DNA of 63,981 nt, counting the filler, from Phoronis australis (taxonomy: Eukaryota > Animalia > Phoronida), in assembly GCA_002633005.1 (NCBI GenBank). It is 9 parts of 9 records of this genome, joined end to end, with 100 filler letters (N's around TTAATTAATTAA, not from the genome) between each part and the next. Parts side by side here need not be neighbours in the genome. Positions count along the whole stretch, not along the records: positions 8,792 to 16,652 come from NMRA01001968.1; positions 16,753 to 20,863 come from NMRA01002697.1; positions 20,964 to 52,492 come from NMRA01000351.1; 6 more parts are not named here. One strand, 5' to 3'. A model generated the notes under the pieces. That model was given only the letters and a program-made list of their open reading frames with translations, did no database searches and was not told where the DNA came from. Made by a program: the position numbers and the translations under genes. This document shows positions 10,002 through 22,678 of the stretch, one piece after another (positions within the stretch are counted from its first letter, which is position 1; each line of letters begins with the position of its first letter).

Positions 10002-12692
10002 CAGTGGCGGATCTACGTTTTCAGTAAGGGGGGTTTTTATTCCCCGAAGGTCGAATCCGAGGCGCGTAGCGCCGAGCAGGGGGAGGTCGGGAGGAGGGTT
10101 CCCCCTCCCGTGTAAGACAATATTTTTGTTTTTGTACCCAAATAGTGAAATTTCCATGCATCCTGGTGAGTTTCTGGCAATCAACATGTCTCTGGAGTTT
10201 TTCTTAAGATAATTTAAAGCCCTTCTCGATTTCGTCACATGAACTTGGCTCATAAGTTTCGTGGAACCTTATTTTGTGCACATCTGACTATTACTTAAGC
10301 CACCAGCAAAAATTTTTGTTGGAACATCTGTCTACACACACCTTTTTAAGCACACGAAAAGTCGTATCCGAAAGAGCGTGGTGTGTGTACAGGCCCGGGT
10401 TTACCAACTACCAAATATTCAAGAGCATGAGGACCACCGACGGGGTGTCAAAACCCAAAACTTGAATAACAGTGTTACCGACAACAGCCTAAAGTTGTTT
10501 AAGAACGAAACTTGTACTGTTACGTCGGGAAATGAACATATGTTCGGTCTCGATACGAGAAAAACTGGCGAACAATGGTGCTCTCAGCTCCTAGTCTATT
10601 ATTAAAAGCGACAATAATCACTTTATTAAGCTGAATCACGTTGACTGTTGGGTTACTGTATGTCATAACAACTGAAAAACGTCTAATGTATCAGGAAACA
10701 AATCATCTGAAAACATTTTCACGAAACCAAAACATTCTGTACATCGTGGTGAAAAGGTATACAGGACCAGTTCGCAGAGGGACCAGATATACATTGAGAG
10801 TACACAAATATGGTGGCCTGGTCCGTCACGAGACCAAAAGAACACCTTGGCTTATTATCCCTGTAAAAGTAGTCGATCTGTCGCGGGACCAAACAATACT
10901 GACTAAGATAAATAGTTTTACAAAGCACACTGTGGTAAAAAATATCACAAGACTAGTTTGCCGAGGGATTACAAGTACACTGAAAGTCAATATCCACACA
11001 AATCAAGCAGGACCCGGTGCGTCGCCAGACCAAAAGTGCACTATGCAAAAACTTCTCCCTACTTTTTAATCCCCAGTGGTTGCTCATACGTGTATTTTAC
11101 ACATCGGCAGTCAACTGCTGCGAGAGGTTGTCTAGGAAGGGTATTCGCATAGTTGTAGAAACAAGTATTGAGTACATGGTTATGCAGCAGATACAGAGCC
11201 AAGTAGAAATACAAACCAGGATCTGTTTCTGTGCACTCATACACTCTGTGGTGTACTGAGTAAATCTGGCATGTCCAAAAATAATTTCTATTTCGTTTTT
11301 AATGTACTCAAGCCTTAAAGAAATCTGACATTATGGACAAACTGTGTAGCATTATAATTTATTACCTGAGTGTTTCTGCAGGAACGTTAGTCCTATGCTT
11401 CTGTTGTCTGGACTGCCGAGGATTCCTCGGCGAGGAATTTGTATATCGGATCCAACGGTTTACTCGTCTAGTAGAACCATTCTACCCAGAAATCTTCGAT
11501 GCTTACGCTGCACTTCGTCAACTTCTGTGTCAAATGTCAGCATCTCGTTTCGCAGTTTGGCACTAAGCTCCCTGAGGTTGCCAAGTCCATTCAGAAAGAG
11601 TTACATGCACAACTAAATTTGATTCGTTCATCAGGGACTACTTCAAGCCTTGACGATGTATCCCAGGACCTATTTGCGTTTCTTGCAACTTTCGGAATAA
11701 ACGTCCCAATGTCTGAAAACTTGAAACCCGAAGTTGTAACACCTAATAAATGCCCATGGGCATGGGCTTTTCATCGGGTAGGCCTTTCTGCGGAAATTCT
11801 CAGTATAGAAGACGGCAGTGGAGCTTATTGCTGGTAGAAAGACGGTAGGTGTTGAGGTCGGAAACAGGGCTCCTTACGAGGCCTATTGAACATTGCGCCA
11901 GTCCCGCAAGACTGCCGTGAAAGTACAGCCTACCTGCAATTTCTGATACTGTACAGTGTTCACGAATGCAGTCATCTTGTCAATTTGAGTGCCCCCGGGG
12001 TCATTCCTTGTATAGACATAACTTGTTAGGTTGCATTTCGAAACGGACTCACAACCAGACCAAGGCGCCCGCCACCAAAGCAATTCTTCGGAAAACGTGT
12101 TGATCGTTCTTTAAAAAACATTACATGTACACTGTATGATGTTGCGCAAGACAACTTTATTATAGGCTTACACCAGTCGAATTTGGGTTACAAAAGTGTG
12201 GAGTGTAATAGTATGACACGGCATGACAAATAAGGTAAAAACGTTACATGCCAATTCGTCAGTGAGTATCTGGGTTGCGGCACCACAGTATTTCCCCTTT
12301 GGAAAACAGAAACGTATCTGAGACTAAAGAAGTTAATTACCCAAAGAAATCAGCTTTCGAGCGGTTCTGTCAGCGGTGGATCCATCTATTGCTTGGCTAC
12401 TTAAAATGTGTCGACGGAAACGCGCCCAACAAAATTGAACTCCGCGCCTTAATTCTTGCCGATAAGCCACGAAAACTCAAAATGCGTTGCTTTTCATAAC
12501 AGCTAGCAAATCTCAATGCAAAAAATCATATTTTCAGAGTGAACTCCCTTCAATTTTTTCGAGGTGGTTTACTTGGGGATTACACATGCCGGGCGGTGCC
12601 ATTTTAGTTTTGCTGGAGACGTTTTTTTATTTTTCGGTCCTGGCCCAAGGGGGGGGGGTTAAAACCCATGATCCCCCGTAGATCCGCCACTG
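10002..12692. mobile_element. 2.7-kb non-autonomous TIR element, hAT5-like (family A, long form)
   Basis: Perfect 16-bp TIRs CAGTGGCGGATCTACG / CGTAGATCCGCCACTG with a 5-bp TSD AATAA on both sides. The first about 950 bp are homologous to 51555-52492. Confidence 0.85.
11382..12029 (+). pseudogene. Possible degraded coding fragment inside the TIR element (unknown family, contains HECSH)
   Basis: Protein-like reading after TTTCTGCAG. One frameshift lies at a near-tandem TGTCA duplication (11528-11540), two stops at 11835 and 11853, and an HExxH-like motif at 11961-11975. Confidence 0.3.
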
Positions 12693-13871
12693 AATAATTT
12701 ACGACAGGTGTGAGAATGAAACCTTCGTGGCGACCGGAAGGCGTGGCGGGGAGGGTGAGATATTGGCAGTCGGCAAAACATGAAAGAAAAATTGTCAAAT
12801 CCTTTCGGGGCTTTGTCTAGCCAAGCACACTTTTATTTGGAGCCCACAATTTTGAAAGTACACCTCGAAAAAGCCCTTAAATTCCCGAGACAATTTTTTG
12901 TGAATGCAAAGCTGTACTTCAGGTAGACCTCAGCTCAATCTGGCAAGGAATAATAGAGTTGTTCCCTTTTTCTTTTTCTTTGAAACTGATGATGAGGGTA
13001 CTCACAGATGGCATCCATATTACCCTTTTATTGTCTTTTTATATCCGTTCGTGAGCTACATGAGGTTTGCCATCGAAGGAACCAACTACCTTTTTTCCTG
13101 TCAAGTTTAAGTAATCGGTTCGTCAAGTAGAATGAAAGGTGACTTGCTCTCGACGATGGAGTGAGGCCGGGTGACCCGATGATGAAATCACTTTTTACGG
13201 TTTTTTCAATGAGTATTTGGATAACAAACGTTTCCGTCAGACACCCATCAGACGGAATGTCGGAGGGCAGCACCTTCGCACTCCAAATCCTGCACCAGGC
13301 GATTTAGGAGAAAAAGTAGAAAAGAAAATTTGTATGAAAACCACAAAAAATGTTATTACGAAACACAGCAGCTTCCAATACATTTCCGTCGCCCAAGCAA
13401 GGGGGGGGGGGGAACTAGAGTGTGTAAAAGCCAAAACAAAATACAAAAAACCTTGTCCACAATCAAAAGATAGAGGAACTTAGATACAATTATATGTGAA
13501 TTACACAAAGATCATTCTCAATGGTCTTATGAAGATAAAAATATCAATACTTTCACCCAAAGATTTTGAAGAATAGCATTTAATATTTTTTAAGGCCAGT
13601 AGTTCGCCGTACGAAATTCATGGTTGCCGATCAAATTGCCACTGAGAAGGATGGCCTTGTACTGGCAGACTACCAATTTGATGAACCCCGGCAGAATAAC
13701 CCACGACTCAAATCTTGGTGGACCCTCCCCCAAACGCTCATGGCTGCCCGTCTCCAGTCCCGCACTCTTCCTATTGCCCGTCAGTGAAGAACGTGTAGGC
13801 TGAACGGGAAAATCCCATTCTATGAATCTTGGTTGTGATGGCTCAACACATCAAGATTATCGTAGTCAAAA

Positions 13872-13980
13872 TCATCGTCGTCGTCGTCATCATCATCACA
13901 ATCATCATCACCATCATTGTCGTCGTCATTTTCTCGTTTACCCCACAATCACCTTCATCATCATCATCGTCATCATCATA

Positions 13981-14015
<35 letters not shown>

Positions 14016-14052
14016 ATCATCATCATCATCATCATTATCATCATTATCATAA
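13872..14052. repeat. (ATC)n/(GTC)n compound microsatellite
   Basis: Direct inspection; it explains the poly-H/I/S ORFs at 13822-14282. Confidence 0.95.
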
Positions 14053-17000
14053 TGTCCGGCGGTGTGAGGGAGAAGCTTCACTCGTACTTCGAAAGCCAGC
14101 TCGAGCGCAAAACTTGTTCCTCACACCAAGAAGTGTTTCTTCTAAGTGCACAGTGCTCATGTGCTCACACTGACCGATATCTTGCGAGCAAGGAGCCAAG
14201 GGTGCGAGTATTCTGTGCTGCTTCATTTATTCCGAATTACTTCCCTTGCATAACATGCTCTTTCATTTGGGAGGTATATTAATGAAGTACACGGACATCT
14301 GCGATGATGTGTTCATTTTTGAGTTGGGCTTGATCTTGTATGGCAAATAATGCAGGAACTCATGCAACATCTGAGAGCACTGAAACGCCAAAGTTAGGTA
14401 CACCAAACTTGGTTAGTAAAGGCTTAATTTTCTTTTTCTGTATGCAGTTTTCTGTTGTGTCTATCAATCCAATCATTCCTGTGCCCGGTCCTGCGTCTGT
14501 GCTCAGTCAGTAACTCAGTAGACACTGATTACCGTCTCTAGCTGGCCCAGTTGAGACGGTGGAGCTCCTATAGGAGCTTTATACGCTGAAAGCTTTTCAG
14601 CGAATTATGCCTCACACTGACTAAAATGTTGCGTTATTCCACAGGTTCACTAGTTATGTCTCATGGAGGGTATAGTCCGATTACCTCTCGTCGTCAGTCT
14701 CCAAAGGTCGTCCGCCATCTTGTTTCGCGTGCAGCGCTGCCACGCGGGACTTAGCGTTCCAATTTGGAACGCTCGTCTGCACGTTAGGTACTAACCTCTC
14801 GGGAGAAACACGCGTGGAAGAACTGAGACTAAAATTAATGCATTTACCGACTGTTTTTTTGAGACCACTTAAAAACTTGTTGATTTTACTAATGCACTTT
14901 TTTGTTCATTTTCAGAAGATATTTTCGAAATTAAATTTTCTTCAGACGGAACAAAAAGCAACCCAGGGATTGTTTATGCAATGTATCTATTTGTCCCAGG
15001 CACTAACCGACATCTGTTAGGCCAAAGGAAAAACGCAGCAGACAAATGGAACACGCTGGGTGCTTAACAGTTTCGGCCCACGCCTTGGTCATCAAAATAT
15101 TGTTCACTTGTTTTTTTATTGCAAAACACAGTACTGAACTCAACATTTATGTTGAAAATTTTGGTTAAAGCATTTTGAATTTATTTGAAGAAAATTAAAA
15201 TACTTGAATTGATAGAGAATGGCCACCAATAAAGTAAAACATTGACTTTATTTCACTATATTGCATTTGTTACATACAACACAGCATGACATAATCAAAA
15301 ATAAAAGAAGAGATTGAGCAATAAAATTCAAATGCAACTTGGGTATTTATTTATTTATTTATGAATGCAGAAGCCTGTTAAAGATGAGAAAAAATCAAAC
15401 AATACAATTATGGGTAATTTATTAGAACAATTGTATCGAGGTTCAATGATCAACTTCCGCCTACCAAGTCTCAAAGGCTTACAGTTCTGTTTTGGCTGAC
15501 AAGGTGTTAACAGAGAATGAAGAGAAACTGAAAAGAAAAAGAAGGACAGCAGAGATAAGTGATGTTAAGAACAACAAGAGCAAAAAGTCAAATAAAGAGG
15601 TCACAAATACAAAATAAGTAAGGTCTGCCTGGAATAAAACAATTGTGATTTATTTTCCAGAACTGAAATTCTAAATCAATTTTAATCGATTTAAAAATCG
15701 ATATCATACCAGTAAAACAGTTTGTGGTTGAAGTAGAGTTGCTGTAAACCACTTTCCACTATTTTCTTGGCCTTTTTCTGTGTGGTTTTCTGTCCTTTCA
15801 AAAGGCGGCAGCACATGACGACCATAGGTGTCATTATAAAATGGCTGCCGAAAAGCAATGCACATTTGAACAACTCGGCTTAAGTAAAAGAAAACGTTTG
15901 AATCAACGAATACTATATATTTATGAGAGTTAAATCAAGTCCTATTCAGATCATAACTTTGAAGTGGAATAATTGGGTGAGTAAGACAACAAGCCGGTTT
16001 TATGCTTAGGCGGACGACTATAGGGTTTCGGAGTGTACTTACAAGTTACAATAATGTAGACTCCGGTGACCTAAAGTCATGAATATAAAGCATAGAATGC
16101 AGCTGATTGTACTACTACCCAATGTCCGTGCTCATGTGATATCATGAAAATGTACCAGCCTTCACAAATATATGTATGTACATGTTTTTCCAGTCTTGAC
16201 CCGTGTTTGTCTCGGTAAGCAGTGTTTTGAAACGGTCGCTTTTATTGCCGGCCATTTTCAGTGAGGCCCCAAAGTCGTGAACATTTCGTTTAGACGGAAA
16301 TGCACGAAGTAAGGCCACCCAAATCAAGTACAGTGCTTACAGTTACTCTGGACGACATAAAAATGCATTGCATTGTTTATTAATTAAGTTTCAATTGAAA
16401 TAAATTGTTATGTGTTTTGCAACCAACTCCGATGTGCATAGACGTTTTCAATGAGGATGTTTACGTAAAACACTAAGAACCCAGCATCAATTATCTCTCT
16501 ATTTTATTTCTTTGGCTTTACAAAACTTAATCGACCCTGGGACATTTTGATACATTGTTCAAGCTAATCCTGGAGCGCTTGTTTGAGCAAATCTGAATGA
16601 TGTATGTTTTCAAAAATATATTCTGAAAATGCACAAAAAAGTGGATTAGTGANNNNNNNNNNNNNNNNNNNNNNNNNNNNNNNNNNNNNNNNNNNNTTAA
16701 TTAATTAANNNNNNNNNNNNNNNNNNNNNNNNNNNNNNNNNNNNNNNNNNNNTAGCCAAGTCCCCAAGAGAGTACCTCCATGCCCTCAGGTTTTGGTTAT
16801 ACCTATTGCTTTTGAATAATTATGTTAAGTATTGGGTAATAATTTCATTAAAGTAACACTATTCAGACTGCAGTGGGCACTAGACTGAAGTCTGGCAGTA
16901 GTGGCTCAAAGCTTTCACAGGTGAGAGAGGCACTCTAATAGTCGTGGTTGACGTGACAAGCGAAAGTTGAGCATGGTAGCTATAAATTTGAGTGGAGGTC

Positions 17001-20000
17001 TAATTTGAGCGGGATGTTCAAAAGTTAAGAATTGTGTACTTGGTACACCACGCTCAAAATGTTTGGTAAGAACTCAAAGGGACATTTTATGAATTTAAAA
17101 TGTTCATGTTATTCAGTGACGCTCAGGAAAATGACAATGTTCCAAGGCTAAATTCGGGTTTGGCCTTTAGAAATTCTGCATGCGAAGGTTAGCCTACTTG
17201 TACGCATAAAAGTTGGCCAACAAAACATATTGTAAACTGCATGGCAAAAATTATTACCCAAAATATCGTATACGTTTTTGGATAACTGAGTAGGGTGACC
17301 GATTCAGTTAAATCAAGTTGATTCACTTCTTTACAATACGTCAGTCTGATCTACTTCTATTGACTTAGTTTTGAATTGGGTCAGGAGGTGAGATGGAAGT
17401 TGCATATTGTGAAGAGAGTCGTATAAACACTCCCCGATTGTGAAAATTTTTGCTTAATGCAATTGCACCATTTATTTTGCAAGTGTTTTGCTCAAGTGAT
17501 CATCGCTTTTAGTTTAACGCGCTCTTTGCTTTGTCTTTAGAAATAATAAGGCAAAACGTTACACCAGTTCTTAAAACACAGATAAAGTTGTGGTTCATTT
17601 TCGGATGTGTTTATTGAACCTGAACTTGAGTTTCCACATCAACTGGAACACATTCATTTAAGTTAACGTGGGCCATTGGAGGGTTGGCGGCTGTGAGTGC
17701 GACTGCAATGCTCCTTGAAGAAGGGAGTTTTAAATTTTAATACTGACAGTTCGAAAGAAATGTATTTTCTGTTTTTGTTTGACTTCCTGTCCATCGCTTT
17801 AAGAGCTGGAATGATCGAGCGACACTGTCTGTGTGTGGTGTCAGGGTATGCAAATGTTGTTACTTGCACAATAAATGCATAAAAGTTGTTCCATACTGTC
17901 GATGGCAGAAATGAGCTATGGTTGTACGTCACGACGGCATTCTATCTTAATGCACCCTCGTGGAAGTGTGTGACAGGATTTAATCAGAAACGAGCAAATT
18001 TTTCTCTATGTATAATGTGACGAGCAACCGATTGTATGTGGTTCTGAATTCAAGTTCCTGGGTGAACTTTGATTTCAACATGGACAGAACTGACTTATGA
18101 GCATGCTGGTGTCTTCATACAATTTAGAAGATGGTTTGGTTCTGGTTCTATTTCTGGGCCAAATTGTTCGATCTGTTTTAGTTTCAGGTTTTATAGTTTA
18201 CACTGTCGTTTGGTGAATGATAAAACAATTAAACAACTGACTGATCTGAAAGAGAACTGAATGCTAAACGACGTTTCTCCAACCGGGGAATGGAGGACCG
18301 GACTTAAGGAATGTTTAAGTTAGTTTTTAAGCTTTGCCCACTAACAGCTGAATGTTAACCGTCGGTCGGTCTTCAGAAGAATGCTTAGTCCGAGAATTCT
18401 CATTTCGAAATTATTCATGTGTTTAATTAAACTTCTTCAAAAAATTGGGTCCTAATCGCAAACACTAAAGCGGAATTAAACCAGTCTTTCTGTTACAAAA
18501 AGTTTTGATTTAAACCATTTACCCTACGGTCTCAAGCATTACTCGACAAACGCCGTACACCGAACGAGTTGTCACGGTGCGAGTTGATCCCTGTCAGGGG
18601 CGAATTAGTCACGACACGGACTGGATAAACACGAAAGTCAGTCACATCTCTCATGTACAACCGTTGCTTCGCCTGATATTTTCACGTCGCCGTGGTGCTA
18701 AAACGTATATAGCCGGGATTCTACATGTTTGTGGGCATTTGCCAGTGTTAACAGGAGCATGCGCAGACTGGTCTCCTGTGCTAATCCAGTTTCCGGTAAT
18801 GTCGGCAGGGCTCAACACGCACCGCAACAACTCGTGCTGTGTCATTCGTTTGTCGTGTAAAAGGGGCTTTAGTCAAGGGCATCGAAAGAATTAACAGGTC
18901 GTTATTGGTTAACACCAATTCATAAAATGTCAGGTCTCGCCGTGACTTCAGTTTTTACGACATTTGGCAGAAGAAATTTAGGGTCTGCCAGTTCTTCCCA
19001 GACCTGAGATCACTTGTAAGGATTAGACCAATTGTATGACTGTAAGTTGTATAAATCAGAACTTGATTTTCGGAAGAATGAACGTGTTAATGCCGCTTTT
19101 AAATTTAAATACAAAGAAGTTGTCAATGTGTCAAGTGCCATGAGTATTGAAATAATTGAAGTACTACAAACAATTACATCAATAAATTTAAAAATACTTA
19201 ATAAGTATATAAGTTAAAAAGGAAAATTGCAATTAAAATTAACCTGTATTAAGCATTTACAAATCAGCCAGTACGTTGTAGATGGATGACTATCTATAAC
19301 ATTTTCTACAAGTTTTGCTCTGTCAAAAAGGGGTGGTCCCTAAACTGGTAGGTGGCACCATGTGTGTTTGAAATTGTAATTAGTGTCCCTGATACTGATG
19401 TGAATATTAAAAACATGTTCCTACGTCATGAGTTGTATTCTAAGTTTATTGTGTATTTCGTTAATTTGTTATTCCTTAGTGTTTGTAAGTATAACATCAG
19501 AAAATACAAACTGCAGCCTCAGTAACCTCGTTCTATAGGCAATGTTTTATTATTACTTGTTTGGATTATCAACTCAAGTTTTGAAAGAAAGTCATTGCAT
19601 GTAGACCTTTCGCTTTATATACCTCGCGGTCATTTCGTGGTTGTAGCATGCTGACCGCTTTGTAACCTGTGCTTTTTATTTAAAAGTTTGCGTTCATATT
19701 TTCAAATTATGTTGGACTTTAAGCTATGCATAAAGCGAAAATCGTCACCAACGGTCTGATTAGCTTGTATTCATAACGTCAAGAGTAGCCATAGATCGGC
19801 TTTATGTCAGAAGGCTGAAATGACTCGGTTTTTCTGAAGCATCTTTATCAGTTAGCAACAGGTTGTCGTTTTACACGTTAGAAGTAAGAATCGAATTGAT
19901 CACTTTAGCTGAAAATCTCTTTCCACTGGTCGATCTAGGGTGTTGCAAAGGGTGCTTACACCCACAATTTCCGAAGGACAGTGTAAGGCATGCCAGTTGC

Positions 20001-21310
20001 GTTTTTATGGTGGACTCCCCTGGGGAGGGGGCTTCCGGGCCCCCTTAAAATCCACCTGCTTTTAGAGGTAATTGTGTTTACCTTATCGATTCAACAATGC
20101 ATTTCTAGTCGAAAGGCTAACATTTCTTGTTGCCTATATTCTCTTTTACATAGAGGCAAGAGGTGCTCAAAGAGTTACGAATTGTCATTAATCCATCCTC
20201 GTTAGCAGCCAGAAATTTGATTTTTTTTCTTTTTGAGTCAGTCCGGAGCTTTGAATACTTAGAAACTATAAGACTATGTTCTTGTCAAATCGAATTCAAG
20301 GAATGTCGAATGTCCTGCTGGTAGTCGCCGGAACAGACACTTGCAGGACGAGATTTGCGGTATGAACGAGTTCTGTAGACGCAAGACCTTGACGATGTTG
20401 CAGTATGAAATCTTCGCTTATAGAGCGGAGACAGCAAATTCTATCTGGACGATTCATGAATTCGATCCCCAAATTCATCCTCCTGACCTTATAGACCAAT
20501 TACTATGTGTTAGTATCCAACATTTTTGTCCTATGCATACACGCAAACCACCAGCTTCACTTGCCTGCTATCTCACTTTTGTTCCAAGCAAATTCGTTGG
20601 TCTTCATTCCGAACTCTTAAGTATACTCCTGGTTCAACGTGAACAAAAGGAAGTGAATATTTTAGTGAGTAATTTATATACGGCGATACAAGTTCAACGA
20701 TCGCAATGTGTTTCTAAAGAGACGTTGTAGTTTTTACAACCGAAAAACGGATTTGGGGATTATTTTTGGGTGAGGTAGAGTTCTTGTAGTTATTAACTTT
20801 AACCAGAACTCTATAAAACAAAATCTGTCGTTTTGTGATTTCGTTGCTAATATTATAAACAAGNNNNNNNNNNNNNNNNNNNNNNNNNNNNNNNNNNNNN
20901 NNNNNNNTTAATTAATTAANNNNNNNNNNNNNNNNNNNNNNNNNNNNNNNNNNNNNNNNNNNNCGCCCTCAAAATGAGCGCTGCACACTTTATGCTACGA
21001 AGTCGGAAAGAATTCACGAAGTCGGCCTTTGCTACCAGCTCTACCGATGTCTCTGACCCATGTTTAACGCAGTTCTTGATCCTTGGGAAACAGGTAGTAA
21101 CTAAATTTGTTATTTCGCTAACTGGTATTATAGCATGCCAGGCACACAACACGTATAACCTCCCTGTGGCCGGTTCGCCCCCACGCTTGCCGACGTACTT
21201 GTTTACCAGCTTAACCACAATGCAACATTCTGACCCATTTCCAATATGGCGGCGTTGCAACTCCGCTATAGGATTTCGCTAGGTGAAACGTCTCCCTCTC
21301 TACGGTCTCT

Positions 21311-21751
21311 GCTCGAACTCACGACCTGGCGGATAGAGCGCGCGTAGTGCTTTACCACTACACCACCACGACGTAGTTGTTTATGGTCCACAGCGTTTGC
21401 GCGCGAAACCTACTTCATTTTTGTAATGCTTATTACACATTTTATATTTTGTCCAATCGGTTCGTAACAAATTTGTTGTATTTAAAATAATCTTCAATTG
21501 CCCAAAAGACCAAATCCGTTTTTCGTGTTGGCAAGGAAATCGTCTTAAGTTAAGGTTTGACAAAGAGAGAATTATGAGTTTCTGAGTGATTCACTAAGGC
21601 TTCGATTAAAATTCATATCTTACCAGCAGATTCTGTTTTTTCATCGTCACTCAGGTTGCATTTTCTTTAAAAAATGAAGTAATTTTCTTCATTGCACAGT
21701 GGAGCAGACGACGGAAACGGAGTCATAGTGCGCAGCGCCACTGCCGGTCGC
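21311..21751 (-). repeat. Dispersed repeat of about 440 bp with a tRNA-like (Pol III A/B box) end; inverted copy of 48092-48574
   Basis: The reverse complement aligns with 48092-48574. On the minus strand, A-box-like TGGTGTAGTGG (21365-21355) and B-box-like GAGTTCGAGC (21320-21311). Confidence 0.85.
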
Positions 21752-22572
21752 TTGGGATATCGCGGGAGAGCCTATACTTCTACTTAGCCATAGTTCCGTT
21801 ACGACTGCGCCGTGTTCCGAATTTGACACGCGCTCCGGTCAATGACCTAGTTTCATGAATGAGTGCAGCTACCCGATGAGGATTTTACAATGTTATAAAT
21901 ATTCTTGTTATCAATTTATTTTCGAAATATGATACAAGATCAATGATCAATAACTGTCGTTTTCACACTTTTTATCAATTTCAAGTAATAAACCGTTACA
22001 TTTAAAACTGTTTTTTTACTATAGTAAGTTAGCAACATAACGCGCACGTACATACACAACAGGTTGTGATTGGCCACGTAAACAGTCAGGGTGAAGTATT
22101 TATATAATGCCGAAAGAAAACAAAAGAAACTCACGAATTCGATGCGTACGGTCTCGGTCGATACGCGGAATAATGTCTCGTGGGATATTATTACATGTAG
22201 ACCACGCTGGGTACGTTTTGTGTATTTATTTTCTGACGGATTCGACGTATTGCGCGCCATCTAGTGTTCATTTATTATTTTGTGTCCGTTTTATGGCATT
22301 CACCTCTGATCAAGGGATAATTATGAAACAGCAGACGATTTCCTGATGAGAACACCATGGCTGACATCGTTTTTTGGACGAGTCTGACAACTGAGTGTGC
22401 CACCCCTACATGAGTGTTGATTTTGTCGTTTTTGCTTCCACGGCTGTATCTCCTTATTTCAATGAAGGATCTCTTTCGATGGTTTCTCCGGCGGAATTTG
22501 GAAATCTGGTTTCTTTGATGTAGACGACAGCGCACGTACTTCGTAAGCACGAACACTACCACATTATCTTAC

Positions 22573-22678
22573 TTAGATCCGATCGGCAGATGATGTAACT
22601 AGATGCAGTATTATCAAACGATGTATTAGATCCGATCGGCAGATGATGTATCTAGATGCAGTATTATCAAACGATGTA
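22573..22678. repeat. 53-bp tandem duplication
   Basis: TTAGATCCGATCGGCAGATGATGTA...CAAACGATGTA twice, with one mismatch. Confidence 0.95.

Noticed and set aside
10641-11069. 142-aa ORF with a homologue at 52283-52540
   Set aside because: Similarity reflects the shared transposon interior; no recognisable domain, and the upstream part is not conserved between copies.
13170-13210. GDP..ITFYGF-like string as the next carboxylesterase exon
   Set aside because: It needs a frameshift, and lacks the upstream DQ..AL.WV and the GxSxG motif.
13822-14282. Poly-His / poly-Ile / poly-Ser ORFs (also 52537-52894)
   Set aside because: Translations of (ATC)n microsatellites.
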